From contig JAPMXV010000054.1 in NCBI GenBank assembly GCA_026936335.1, positions 248,001 through 312,000 on the forward strand: a DNA stretch of 64,000 nt, written 5' to 3'. How positions within the stretch are numbered: position 1 is the stretch's first letter; the number at the start of each line of letters is the position of its first letter. The notes below the pieces were generated by a model. That model searched no databases. It saw only the letters and a program-made list of their open reading frames with translations, and was not told the origin of the DNA. Made by a program: the position numbers and the translations under genes. This DNA comes from Mantamonas sphyraenae STR306. Its lineage: Eukaryota; Protista; CRuMs. Positions 13,492 to 24,800 of the stretch are shown here, piece after piece.

Positions 13492-14233
13492 TCACCGCAC
13501 ACACGAATACTGCTCAAACTCAATGGTGCTGAACGAGTCTATGTGTTCGGCGACCACGCCAGTGCTCTTTGTCTTGGGCCCAAAGATCTTGAGCTGGCGG
13601 ATGTGTGTGTCGCGCCCGTTCTGCAGGTTTGCAAGCACCGCAAGCTGCAGAAAGTTTGTTTTGATGTAGGCGTTGTGTGGCGAGATGCCCTGCGACTCGA
13701 GGTGCTCCTCGTCCACAAGCGGGATGGCCACCCAACCCACGGGGTCTACCAGCGTGGCCTGCTGGATCTCACGCAGATCGTGCGTGGTTGTCCCGCTGCG
13801 CACAGAGATCTTGCCCGGGGTATACGACTCGTCCAGCTTGTTGTTCACGAAAATAAATACGCTCTGCACGGATGGGTGCGTGCAAAGAGGCTGTGTGAGC
13901 GAGTGCACGGGGCAGCGGAGCAACGGCGTCTCGCGCGCGCCAAAACGACGGCCTGCGTGGTCGCCGGGGCAGTGCACAACTTACATGCACCTTCATCTTT
14001 TTGGGAAACTGCATGTTGATCAGATGCGGTTGCGAGCCGTCGCTTTGCCAGTACGTCTCCTCGTTGTCGTCCCGCAGCTGCTGCACGCCATACCCAGGCT
14101 TCGCTGTCGACAGCGTCAGCACAGCCTCGTCGCCAATCTCCTTTTGCTCATCGAGATCCGGCAGCTTGGCGTTTCCCTGCAGCTCCGTCGAGGAGGATGA
14201 GGACGACGACGACGAAGACGAAGTTGATGACAT
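13492..14233 (-). CDS. ANAPC10: Anaphase-promoting complex subunit 10 (DOC1)
   Basis: Motifs: STAKPGYGV, TYWQSDGSQPHLIN, DESYTP, NLQNGRDTHIRQLKIFGP. Intron 13984-13864 (GTAAGT...CAG). Confidence 0.93.
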
Positions 14234-14822
14234 TGGCCTGTCCTTGTCGCCGCCCGCGCCTCCACAACAACGTTCAGGTCAGCAAACCCACACGCACACA
14301 CACACACACCACACCACAAACACACCACAAACACCCGGGGGCGGTACTGCTACACTGTTGAAGTGATGATGTGAATATCAACCCTTGATATGAGATTTCT
14401 GACTGAGAGCCGGCGTGCGTCATTTTCGGCGCCGTCGGCTCGGTGCGTTCAAAACCTATCACCTGATCGACGTGTACACGCTCCCGGGCTGGGTACATGC
14501 TGTGCCCGTCTGCTCTTGCAGACACATAGCATCCACACCGCACCCACAACCTGCCACGGCAGTTCTGTGTCTTGCCCAATGCGGCAAAAACGTGGTCCGC
14601 GCCCCGAATTTTTTTGCATGGAGAACCCTCTCGCCGCTCGTTCACTCGCCACGTGTTGTGCACGGGCTGCCCCAGGTTCCGCGCTCGCGTTGTTTGTGCC
14701 CACGCATGGTCCTCCCTGCGTTTGCTGCACGTCCCATCTCTCACCTCTCGTGCTGACATCGGTACGCTCTGCCAAACGCGCACTCATTTCTCGCTCGGCC
14801 GGAATGCCGCCCACGAATCAGG

Positions 14823-15734
14823 ATGTCGTTTCGCCTGGACGACCTAATCATCGACGCGCTCAACCGCGTCTCGGTGCCCCTGTTTGGCGCCGATTTGACT
14901 CAATTCGAGTGGCAGCCCGGCGTGACCTTTGCTGCTCGCGACGATATTGTCATCGGGGTTGTGGTGGCGTATCTCGTGATCATCTTTGGCCTGCGCCTGC
15001 TTATTCTGCCCAAGGACTTCAAGTGGAAACCCAAGGCCATCATCTTTGCACACAACATCTTCCTGTCGGTCGTCTCGCTCATCCTGCTACTTGCGCTGGG
15101 CTCCAATGTCTTTCTCAAGTGGCAGGAGCACGGCCTGTGGTGGCTCATCTGCTCTGGCGAGATCTGGCAAGACAAGCGCATGATGCTCTTCTACTACCTC
15201 AACTATCTGGTCAAGTACTACGAGCTCATCGACACCGTCCTGCTTGTGCTTGCTGGCAAGCCCCTCAGCTTCCTCCACGTCTACCATCATCCAGCAACCA
15301 TGGTTCTCACCTACACCCAGATTGTCGGCACCACCACTGTCCAGTGGGTGCCCATCACCCTCAACCTCACTGTCCACGTCATCATGTACGGCTACTACGC
15401 CTTTGCCACCCTCGGCTACCGCTTCTGGTGGAAGCACTACATTACCACCCTGCAGATTGTCCAGTTTGTCCTCGACCTCATCTTCTGCTACTTTTGTACC
15501 TATGTTCACTATTCCCTCTTTATGTACGACGGCGCGTACAACTTTGGCCTCGGCGACTGCCACGGCGACGAAAGCGCTGCCATCTTTGGCTGCGCTCTCC
15601 TTTCTTCCTACCTCTACCTCTTTGTCGAGTTTTTCTTCCAGACCTACATCTGGCCCAAGAAGAGCGACGACAAGAAGGACTCCAAGAAGGAGACCAAGAA
15701 GGAGACCAAGAAGGAGACGAAGAAAACAAAGTAA
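14823..15734 (+). CDS. ELO: Very-long-chain fatty acid elongase (GNS1/SUR4/ELO family)
   Basis: Motifs: KYYELIDT, FLHVYHH histidine box, HVIMYGYY, TTLQIVQF; multiple TM segments; lysine-rich C-terminal ER-retrieval tail. Confidence 0.95.
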   Translation: MSFRLDDLIIDALNRVSVPLFGADLTQFEWQPGVTFAARDDIVIGVVVAYLVIIFGLRLLILPKDFKWKPKAIIFAHNIFLSVVSLILLLALGSNVFLKWQEHGLWWLICSGEIWQDKRMMLFYYLNYLVKYYELIDTVLLVLAGKPLSFLHVYHHPATMVLTYTQIVGTTTVQWVPITLNLTVHVIMYGYYAFATLGYRFWWKHYITTLQIVQFVLDLIFCYFCTYVHYSLFMYDGAYNFGLGDCHGDESAAIFGCALLSSYLYLFVEFFFQTYIWPKKSDDKKDSKKETKKETKKETKKTK

Positions 15735-15759
15735 TTTGTGATGCTCAGCTCTGATCCCC

Positions 15760-18406
15760 TCACCCCACACGCTGGCGCTTCTTCCCCCCTGCCCCTCCCT
15801 TCTTCTTGGACAGCTTGCGTTTGAGTTTCGCAGCCATGTCACGAGCGCTCGTCCCCGATGCATCCGCTTCACTCCGGTCGCTGCTTGTGGCAAAGTCCTT
15901 GCCCTCGGCCACCAGCTTCTGCCTGCGCCGCGACCGCTCCTCCTGCAGCGACAGCATGCCTGGTGTTCGCTTGTATCGCGGATCCGTGGGATCGATGGCA
16001 AAGTCGGCGTTGGAGAACAGCTCGTTGAAACGCGCATCCTGCACATCGATGGGCGCCGACCGTTTGCGCGATCTGCTGTCCTCCTCATCTCCCTTGCCCT
16101 TGCCCTTTTTGCCCTTCTTCTTCCCGCGTCCCTTGCCCTCTGCCTCCCGCTGCTCCTCCAGCAGGTCCCTCAGCTTGTAACCCTCTCGGCTAGTCTCGTC
16201 CTCGTCGTTCTCGTCCATCATCAGAAGCTCCAATTCCGCCCGTTCCCTCGCCTCTTGTGCCTCCTCCTCTTCGCTCTTGCGCCCCTTCTTCCCCTTTTTG
16301 CCCTTCTTGCTCTTCTTGTCGTCCCTCTCCCCGCCTTGTTGCAGCCGCTTGTCCCGCGCACGCTTCGCCTCGTCCTCTTTGCGTCGTGCAATCTCTTCTG
16401 CAAAGAATGGATCGTCCATCACGTCGTCCGGGAACATGTCGTCCTCGTCGTCCGAATAGCCAGCCCCGTCCTCGTCCTTCTCCCTCTCCTCTTCCTGTAG
16501 CTTCGCCAGCCGACGCTTCTCTTTGCGAGCCTCCTTCTTCTTGCGCCTGCGTGCTTCAAACACACTTTCCTCGCCGGCATCCGCCTCTGCTTCCGTGCGC
16601 TTCTTGGCTGCCACCAGCTTTTCGGCCTTTTCCCGCAGACCGCCCACAAAGCTGATGTGCATCTCCTCCTCGTCGTCCTCCTGACGCTCCTTCTCCTTGA
16701 TTTCCGAAAGCAGACCCAGCAGCTTGTTGCGCATTTGTTCGCCAGCCCCTTGGCCGCCCTCGCCGTCTCCTCCCTCGCCCTCGCTGTCCGAAGGCGACGC
16801 AAGATACTCTGCAAAGTCCTGTTCGCGCAGCTCATCCTTTGTGAACCGCCTCGACGTCACCTCCAACCGCTTCTCGTCCGTCTTGTCCCAGGTCAGCTCC
16901 ACACGCGAATGGCGCAGAGCACGCGTCTCAAACTCCGGTGGCCTGTAGCTCGCCGGCACAGAGTCTGCCGTCTCCTTTGGCTCCGCGTGTGTGATTTCCA
17001 TCTCCTCTGGAATGAAGCGTAGGTCCAGCACGTTGCCGCTGCGTTGGAACTCCACGCCGTCACACGCGTCGTAGATGGCGCTCGCCGTCGCCACACTGTC
17101 ACACGTCGCCACGGCAAAATAGTATCGCAGCTTGTTCTTTTCGTAATTGCGCAGTTTGTACGAGTCAAACTCGCCCTCGCCGTCCTCCTCCAGCACACTC
17201 ACGTCGATCTGCCTGTCGTCCGTGGCCGTCGTTGCTGGTTCCTCCTCCTCCTCATCATCCTCCTCATCCTCATTGTCACTATCCTCATCGTCATCATCGT
17301 CATCGTTCACGTTGTCCAACTTGGCCGACGTGTCGTCCTGGTCCTTCCACAGGTCGCCCGGTCCTGACTCCCGTTCCTTCTGCATCATCTCCAGCCCGTA
17401 CAGCGAAGGGAAGATCTCCACTGAGCGGATGAGTCCCGTGGGTGGGCAAAAGCTGTTCAGAATGGCCAGGATATCCACGGCGTGCACCTTTTGCCAGTCC
17501 AGGTTTTGCACGGCCAGTCGCGAGGACTCCTCGCCGGTCGGGATGGACTCTTGTTCGAGCTGCAGGTCGTCCTGCTGATCGTCCACCTTGTCCTGTGGCA
17601 GCTCCACCTCTTCATCGCTGCTGTGGTACGACTCGTCCGACGATGAGCTTGCATAGCCCGTGTAGATGACTGGGTCGACCTCCGGCAGTTCGGCTGCGGC
17701 TGCGGAATCCGTCTTTGCCTTGCGGGCAGGCTTACGCTCCCTGTGGGCACGATGCAAGCACAAAACACGCAGCATGTGTCAGTCGTGGGCGCGTGGTCCT
17801 GTGTTCTTCCTTGTATTGCGCCTGTATGTGTCCACCAAGGCCGTGTGACGTGGTCCGTGTGCGCATGTGTCTTTGCTACTCACCCTTCGTCGTCGCTTTC
17901 CACGTCGTAGAACGCTTCCATGGACAGTTCCGTGTCTGCGTTGATCTTGCGTCCGTACTTGTCAAACTTGTCTGTGGGGGAGAGTGCCACATGGTCAGCG
18001 GGTGCAGAGTGGGAAGAGAACCGAGTCGGCGGCGAGCAAACGCTTCGACGAAAGTCCGCCGGCAACCCCAAGGACGCCCTCGCACCGAGGCTGTTTGCAA
18101 CGTACATGCGCGCTTGAACTCGTCGTCCTTGAACATGCCCTCGAACCGTTTGTCAATCTTCACCTTGCTCTGCGACGACGGCAACTTCTGGAAGCGTTCG
18201 TCGTACGTGGAAAAGTTGAATCGAGGGTCCTCCAGCACAGCTCGCGACGTAAACTCGGATTCTCCCTTTCGGGACGACCCGGACGACGACGCGGATCCTG
18301 CCGTGCGCTTCTTCTTCTTCTTGGACGAACCCCTGTCTCCCTTGGGCGTGGTGGACGATTTGGATGTGGCTTTGCCCGAAGCACTGCTTTTGCTCTTTTT
18401 TCCCAT
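15760..18406 (-). CDS. ESF1: Pre-rRNA processing protein ESF1 (NUC153 domain), 3 exons
   Basis: Motifs: DPRF...KVKIDKRFEGMF, DKYGR, RLAVQNLDW, LRYYFAVATCDS, LDLRFIP, VELTWD, AELELL, DARF..LF...FAIDPTDPRYKRT. Confidence 0.92.
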
Positions 18407-18468
18407 CTCTCTGCTCACGTTGCATGCGTCCGCGCATTCCAAAATCATCTCCCGTCTCCCGTTTCTGT

Positions 18469-19566
18469 TCACACTTCACCGGTCAGAGATGACGTGCTGC
18501 CGCCCTTCGATGACTGCACTTGCACGTTCTGCAGCTCGGCTGATCCTTCCGACCCTTCCTCCTCCTCCAGGATCATCGTCAGCTTCTTCTTGGCGTAACG
18601 AGTGATGTACACCACCACCACAATGACAATGACTCCAGTGGCGACGAGAAGACCAATCCTGCAAGTGGCTGTGAGCCTCCACACACACAAACACACACGC
18701 ACACACACGCACACACGCACACACGCACACACTTACTGCAATCCTGGGTCCGGACCAACATTTCCCGAAGCAATCTCGCCAATGGAACGTGCTGCCGCAC
18801 CAAACCAGACGTACAGGGCCGTGCCGGGCATCATTCCAATCCAACTCGCGCCCACGTAGTGCGGGAAAGGCACCGAGGTCAACGACAGAGCGTAGTTCAA
18901 AGCATTGAACGGCATGACGGGTGCCAACCGCAACAGTCCCACAATCTTCCACCCCTCCTCTTCGGTGGCCTTGTCGATGGCCACAAACTTTGGGTACCGG
19001 CTTGCCCGTTCCTCGACACCCTCGCTGCACAGACACTCCACGCTGGTCTGTAAGTCATTGAAATGGTACAAACATTCATACTCAAGGGCGGGATGGCATT
19101 GGCACTCACCGGAACAGGTAGCGCCCGAGGAGAAAGGCCAGAGAGGCTCCCGCTGTTGAGGCCACCGACACAGTGGCAAACCCGAGCCAAAAATCGAACA
19201 GCAGACCCGCCCCAATAGTCAGAATGGATCCTGGAATGAACAGGACGGTGGCAACTATGTACACGGCGATCTGAGGGGCAGAGCGGAATGTGTCAGCGGA
19301 GAGTTTTTCTGCGGCGGTTCTGCAACGGCTGCACGCACCAACACCAGCGGTCCCTGCCACCACGGAATGCTCTCCAGGTACTCCAGTAAAGCCGTGAACA
19401 ATACCGCAAAGTCAAAGACGATGAACAGAGCGATGATGGCGCCCACGAGCAGCAACGTGATCACGAATTTTGGGAACGCCGGGCTCTTTGGGTGCCAAAA
19501 GGGAATGCGAGGTGTCTCTTCCTCCAGCATGTCCACATCAGTCGGGGAGGATGTCGATTTTGCCAT
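18469..19566 (-). CDS. TVP38/TMEM64 (DedA/VTT, SNARE-associated Golgi) membrane protein, multi-exon
   Basis: Motifs: LFIPGSILTIGAGLLF, STAGASLAFLLGRYLFR, GWKIVGLLRLAPVMPFNALNY, GMMPGTALYVWFG, spread over frames separated by GT-AG introns. Confidence 0.88.
18680..18731. repeat. (CA)n/(CACG) microsatellite in an intron
   Basis: acacacacaaacacacacgcacacacacgc...; similar CA/GT tracts at ~61354-61370 and ~63855-63872. Confidence 0.8.
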
Positions 19567-19651
19567 GCTGGAGCGAAAACGAGCACAGTTGGAATGACTT
19601 GGAGGAGCTGGTGGACTGCTTGCATTTGCCTTCCTGGATGTCACTTGCATC

Positions 19652-21837
19652 TCAACGCCTCGTGGGAATGGTGAGGTTGGGCACACTGGTGGCACGCTTC
19701 ATGCGGCCCAGGTACTCGTTGAGCTTGGCGGCGTTGATGCTGTGCTGCGCCTTCTGTTGCGCATACTTGCTGGCGGTGGTGGCGCTCGTGGAGGTCCTAT
19801 CCGACGTCGTCGACGAGTACGCTCCAATGTTCACCAAGGAAGGTTGCGACGACTGCTTCTTCAACAGCCCCACTCGCTGATCCGCGCTGTTGCGACGCTT
19901 GTCGTCGTCCAGCGTGTACCGACTGTAATCGCGCAGGATGGCATTTGCATCCACACTCACACGCTTGCTGCTCATGGGCTTCTGGGGCGCCTGTACAAAG
20001 CCCGAAGCCGGGGGGCGCGACGTCAAGTCGCCCGAGCCTGAACCGGAGCCAGAACCCGAACCCGAACCCGAACCCGAACCGGAGCCGTGCTGTGCCTGGT
20101 GTTGATAATAATTGTGCGCGTGGTCGTTGTAGTACTTGTGTGTGGTCACGCTGGGCTTGGATGACGATTTGTGGAAGGCCTCAGCCGTCCCAGACTCGAC
20201 GCTGTCTGCATCCTCCCTAGGTGACGCTTGCGACGTTTGCGATGTCCGCCTGCCCTGCATCAGATCCATGCTGGCATCCAGTGCAGCCAGACGCGCCGAG
20301 TAGTATTCGCTGCTGTGCTTGAATCCATCATCTTCGCTGCCGCTCAGGCTGCTGGCGATGGATGTCGACGAAGCCATCGAGTCGTGGCTGCTGTGGCTCG
20401 CCATGCTGCTCTCAATGCTGCTCATGCTCGAGTGTTCCTTTCCTTCCGTCACCACCGAGTCGTCTGCGACTGGGGTGTGTGTGTATGACGACGATGACGA
20501 CGACGACGACGACGCCGACCCCGACGAAGCAGGCGTGCTCGCGAGGTTGGCCTGTTCCTCCACAAGCCGGTTCTCCCGCTGCTTGAGATCCACATGGCGC
20601 CTGTCCAACAGGGCTTCCCGTTCCGCCAACTCCGCCTCCTTGTCAGCCAGGGCGTGTTCGCGCTCGGCCACCTTGGCTTCCCGCGCAACCAGCTCCTCTT
20701 CCTTCTGCCGCATGGCCACCAGCTGCGCATTCAACTTGCGCTCGCGGATGTTAAACGCTACGTACGGATGTCGCATAAGCTCAGAAATGCTTGCACGCTC
20801 GTTCTGGTTGAACTTGAGGCACTTGCAAATCACCTCGTGCAACGCCGACGAGTAATGCGAAGGGATGCGTGAAAAGCGCGCCGCTTTGATCTTGAGAGCC
20901 AAATTGAAGTGCGTTTGCGCCTCAAAGGGAGGCTTGAGCGCAGCCAGCTCGTACAGCAGGCAGCCAAGCGACCAGATGTCGCTCTTTTCGTTGTACGCAC
21001 ACTCATTGATCTGTTCGGGCGACATGTAGAAGGGCGTGCCCACATACGTGTGTGCATACATGGAAGTGTCGTTCAGTACGCGCGACAACCCAAAGTCTCC
21101 CAGCTTCACGTTGCGCTTGCCGTCAAAGAAGATGTTTCCCGGCTTCAGATCGCGGTGAAGGATCTTTCCGTTCTTGCGGTTGTGGCACTCATTGATGGCC
21201 ACCACAATCTGCGAAAACAGCTTCCAAATCGTGTCTTCGTCAATGTACGACCTGTGTGTGGAAGAGATGTGAAGCGTGTGAGTTGCCGCTTGGGTATTTT
21301 AAACGCAGCGTTTGAACGCGCCAAAGTGACCGGTGGAAAAAAGCGCGCGCACCTGCTTCGCTTGCACTTTTTGATGTACGAGGCAAGGTCGCCACCCTCG
21401 CAGTACTCCATGATGATGTAGATCTTTGTGTTTTCGCGGTCGATGATGCGATCGTAGTAGCGCACGATGTTCGAGTGATGAAACTCGCGAAGAATGTTCA
21501 CCTCGGACACAAGCAGCTCCTTCTCCTTCTCGCTCATCTTGCCGTAGTCCATCTCCTTCCACACCATGATCTGTGACGTGGACGCGTGAGTCGACACACA
21601 CGACAGGATACCACACCACCAAGTGACCACGAACATGCGCAAACGTGCGTGTGCAAGCAGAACCTGTGTTTGCGCGGATCGTTGACGACGCGCGCCAAAT
21701 TCGCAACCAGGCCTCTCTGTACCTACCTTGCCGTCTGCCTTCCTTCGGATCTTGCTCACATTGCCAAACGTGCCTTTGCCCACGCTTTCCAGCACGGAGT
21801 AGTTGTCCATTTTGTTATCCGACGATGAAGAGGACAT
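19652..21837 (-). CDS. NEK2: NIMA-related Ser/Thr kinase, NEK2/NimA-like, with coiled coil and a disordered tail containing a (GS)n repeat
   Basis: Motifs: GKGTFG, VWKEMDYGKMSEKEKELLVSEVNILRE, IVRYYDRIID, HRDLKPGN, KLGDFGL, YVGTPFYMSPE, YNEKSDIWSLGC. Introns at ~21727-21572 and ~21352-21253. Confidence 0.9.
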
Positions 21838-21876
21838 CGGAGAAAGTGCGGATTTTTGTTTTGGCTCCCCGAGAGA

Positions 21877-24800
21877 TCACTGCGCGTTCGGGTTGAAAAA
21901 CCCCCCTCCCTGTTGCTGCTGCCCTGGGTTGAACATTTGCTGTTGAGATTGCTGCTGCTGCTGCTGCTGTTGTCCAGGGTTGAACATGCCCCCTGGACTC
22001 GGCTGCGGCGTAAACATCTGCGGTCCACCGACACCGCCAAACTGGCCCATGGGCATTGGCATCTGTGTACTGACCTGCGGCGTGCTCGTGCTCGTGCTCG
22101 TTGTGCTTGTGCTTCCCGTGCTCCCGTTGCTGTCGAAAGAGGACACATACCGCGACGCGGCGCTTCGGTTGCCGTGCGCAAACGCGCTGAACATGTTCTT
22201 CCCTCCCGGGGGACCGCCCGAGGGCATAGGCGGCCCATCAGAGCTGGGCCCACCGCCCATGGGCGCATTGCTGTTCCCTCCCCCTCCAAATGAGGGCATG
22301 GGAGGCGGTGCGTCGCCACTGGGTGGCGCGTCCTCCTTGTCTTCTTCTCCGCGCTTGCGCCACTTGCCTGCTGCCTCGTCAAAGTAAAACAGATTCTTTT
22401 TGCCCACATTTGCCTTTTTGGCTGCTGGCTTGGCCTCCTCTGTCTTCTTTTTGCTGCCGCCGCCAAAGGCAAACCAACCGCCGAACCAGCCTCCTCCCCC
22501 ATCCTCTTGTTCGCCACCGCCGTTCTTGTCGTCCCCGTCCCCGTCTCCCGTGTCATCGTCACCTTCAGAGTTGGTGTCATTGGGCATGTTGGTGTCTGTA
22601 CTGTGTTGCGTGACTTGTTCCCGCTGCTGCACGGGCTGCGGCTGTTGCTGTTGCTGCGGCTGTTGCTGTTGCTGTTGCTGCCCATACTGGTCATAGCCTC
22701 CACCCACCTGCTGTTGGTTGTACATATCATAGCCACCGCGTTGTTCCATGAGCTGTTGCTGCTGCTGTTGCTGTCCGTACGGGTCGTATCCACCCTGCTG
22801 GCCGCCATATCCGGCGTAGCCACCCTGCTGACCCCCGTAGCCACCGTAGCCACCTTGCTGACCCCCGTAGCCACCGTAGCCACCTTGATCACCCATTGGC
22901 TGTTGTTGTTGCTCGTGCTGTTGGCCGTACGGGTCATATCCTCCCTGCTGGGCGCCGTAGTCGTTGAAACCGCCTTGCTGCTGGCCATAGGGGTCGTAAC
23001 CACCTTGTTGGCCCATGGGTCGCTGCTGTGGCTGCTGTCCATACTGTTCATGTCCGTCGTACCCTCCATGCATCTGTTGCACTTGATTGCGATCTGGCTG
23101 TGTGTCTTGCTGCAATTCAAACATGGGCACCTGCTGACCCGCCATCGGCTGTGTTGTCGACTGCATCGGGCTGTGGATGCGGTGTTGCGCGTTCAGGCGG
23201 TACTCGCTGTGGTACTTGGGCATGTTGGACTGGCCACTGGCTGGGCCATGCACCGATGTTTGCGCCTCATCACCGCTTGCCCCAAAGAAACTGGTCACTC
23301 CGCGATCCATGGCACTCAGCACGCCACCCAACAAACCTCCCTTTCCGTTGCCCGACGTTTCTACGCCCAAGTGAGCCTGCAAGCTTGTGTGCAGTTCAAA
23401 CAGACCGACCTTGAACCGTGGATCGTATGCAAACGACCGTTCCGTGGCCTGGATGACCTCGATGGCCGACTCGGTGTATGCAAGGGCCTTGAGTGGGAAA
23501 CCAAGTTCGGCGAGCTGCAAGGCGTACTGAAACTTGAGCACCTGTGCGCCTGGCTGTACGTAGTTGGGGTTGCCCAGACGCGCTGCAAACTCAAGCACCT
23601 CGCTGCGCTGAAGGGCATCCATGGTGAGGAAAGCGGTCGGGTAGAAGATGTGATCGCCACCCACGGCCACAATGAGGGAACCACGGGTGTTGAGCACCCC
23701 CAGATCCTCGCCCGCCAGGATGTAGCACAGATGGGCCGCCTGCACATCGCCCACGTGTTCCCACAGGGCATGACCCATGCGCTTGAAGGCCTCTGTGTCG
23801 TTTTGAGTCCTGTTGGTGAGCATCATGGCCAGATTCTCCTGCCAGCGCTCCAGCAGCGAGGGTCCAGCGTTGTGGTTTTCGTTGCGCGAGTTGAAGTCGG
23901 ACACCGCGTCGTCCATGAGACGCCCACTACGCTGAGCAAACATGCTGTACAGAGAGTGAAGGGGCGAACCGTGTGTGCACGTGGCCTCTGCGTACTCACC
24001 GATGACCCAGGTGAAGGTCTCCATGTTGAGGTGGGAGGCGAGGAGCAACGCATGGTCCCAAAGCTGGTGTTGAACGGCGAGCTGGCATGCCTGCAGGCGT
24101 TCGCCCTGCATCATGTACTGTTGGACACGGTTGAGGGCTGTGACACGCTGTTGGGCGTCGGAGGAGGACAAGAGGTGGTTGGGCGGGTGTTTGTGCACCG
24201 GCAAGTTGAGGTGTGCCTGATCCTGCCCATGAAACCATGCTCCGTGCACACTGTCCATGAGCATGCTCTGAATGCGGTTATCGGGCAGCGAACCGTCCTG
24301 ATTGAAGGGTAACCCATGCTTCTCGACCATGTACTGCAGCACCTGCCAGAGTAGGCGCGTGGAGAATGGAAACATGCGACCTGACGTGAACGGGTTGTCC
24401 GGCATGTCCTCCAGAGATGCGGTCTTTGTCTGAAGGAAGGCCTGTAGCGCGTTGACGGTTTGTGGAGTGTTGCTATCGAGCGGGCCGGGAAAGGCGTTGA
24501 TGTCGTTCAAGGTCGGCCTCATGCGCTCGCCGACACGCTTGTGCAGGGCAGTGACGGCAACGGTGTTGCTGTGAGCAAAGGCGAGAGCAACACGTCCTCC
24601 GAAGCCAAAGTTGAAGACGGGACATGCAGGCCGGCCGTAGTTAGGGTGAGTCTCTCGCAGCGCAGCCGCGACGGGAGCAGACATTTGGGTCTCTTGTGTC
24701 TGCTGGTGCTGCATGTGGGGGTGTGCATGGACCTGGCTGCTGGCCATGTGTTCCTGGAAACGACTGGCACGGGAATTGGAGTGTGTCCTGGTCTGCTGCT

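Noticed and set aside
14415-14822. Possible upstream exon or ORF before the elongase (CTGAC...CAG just before ATG 14823)
   Set aside because: It looks like an intron 3' end, but I could not build an in-frame coding exon; it is probably a 5' UTR intron.
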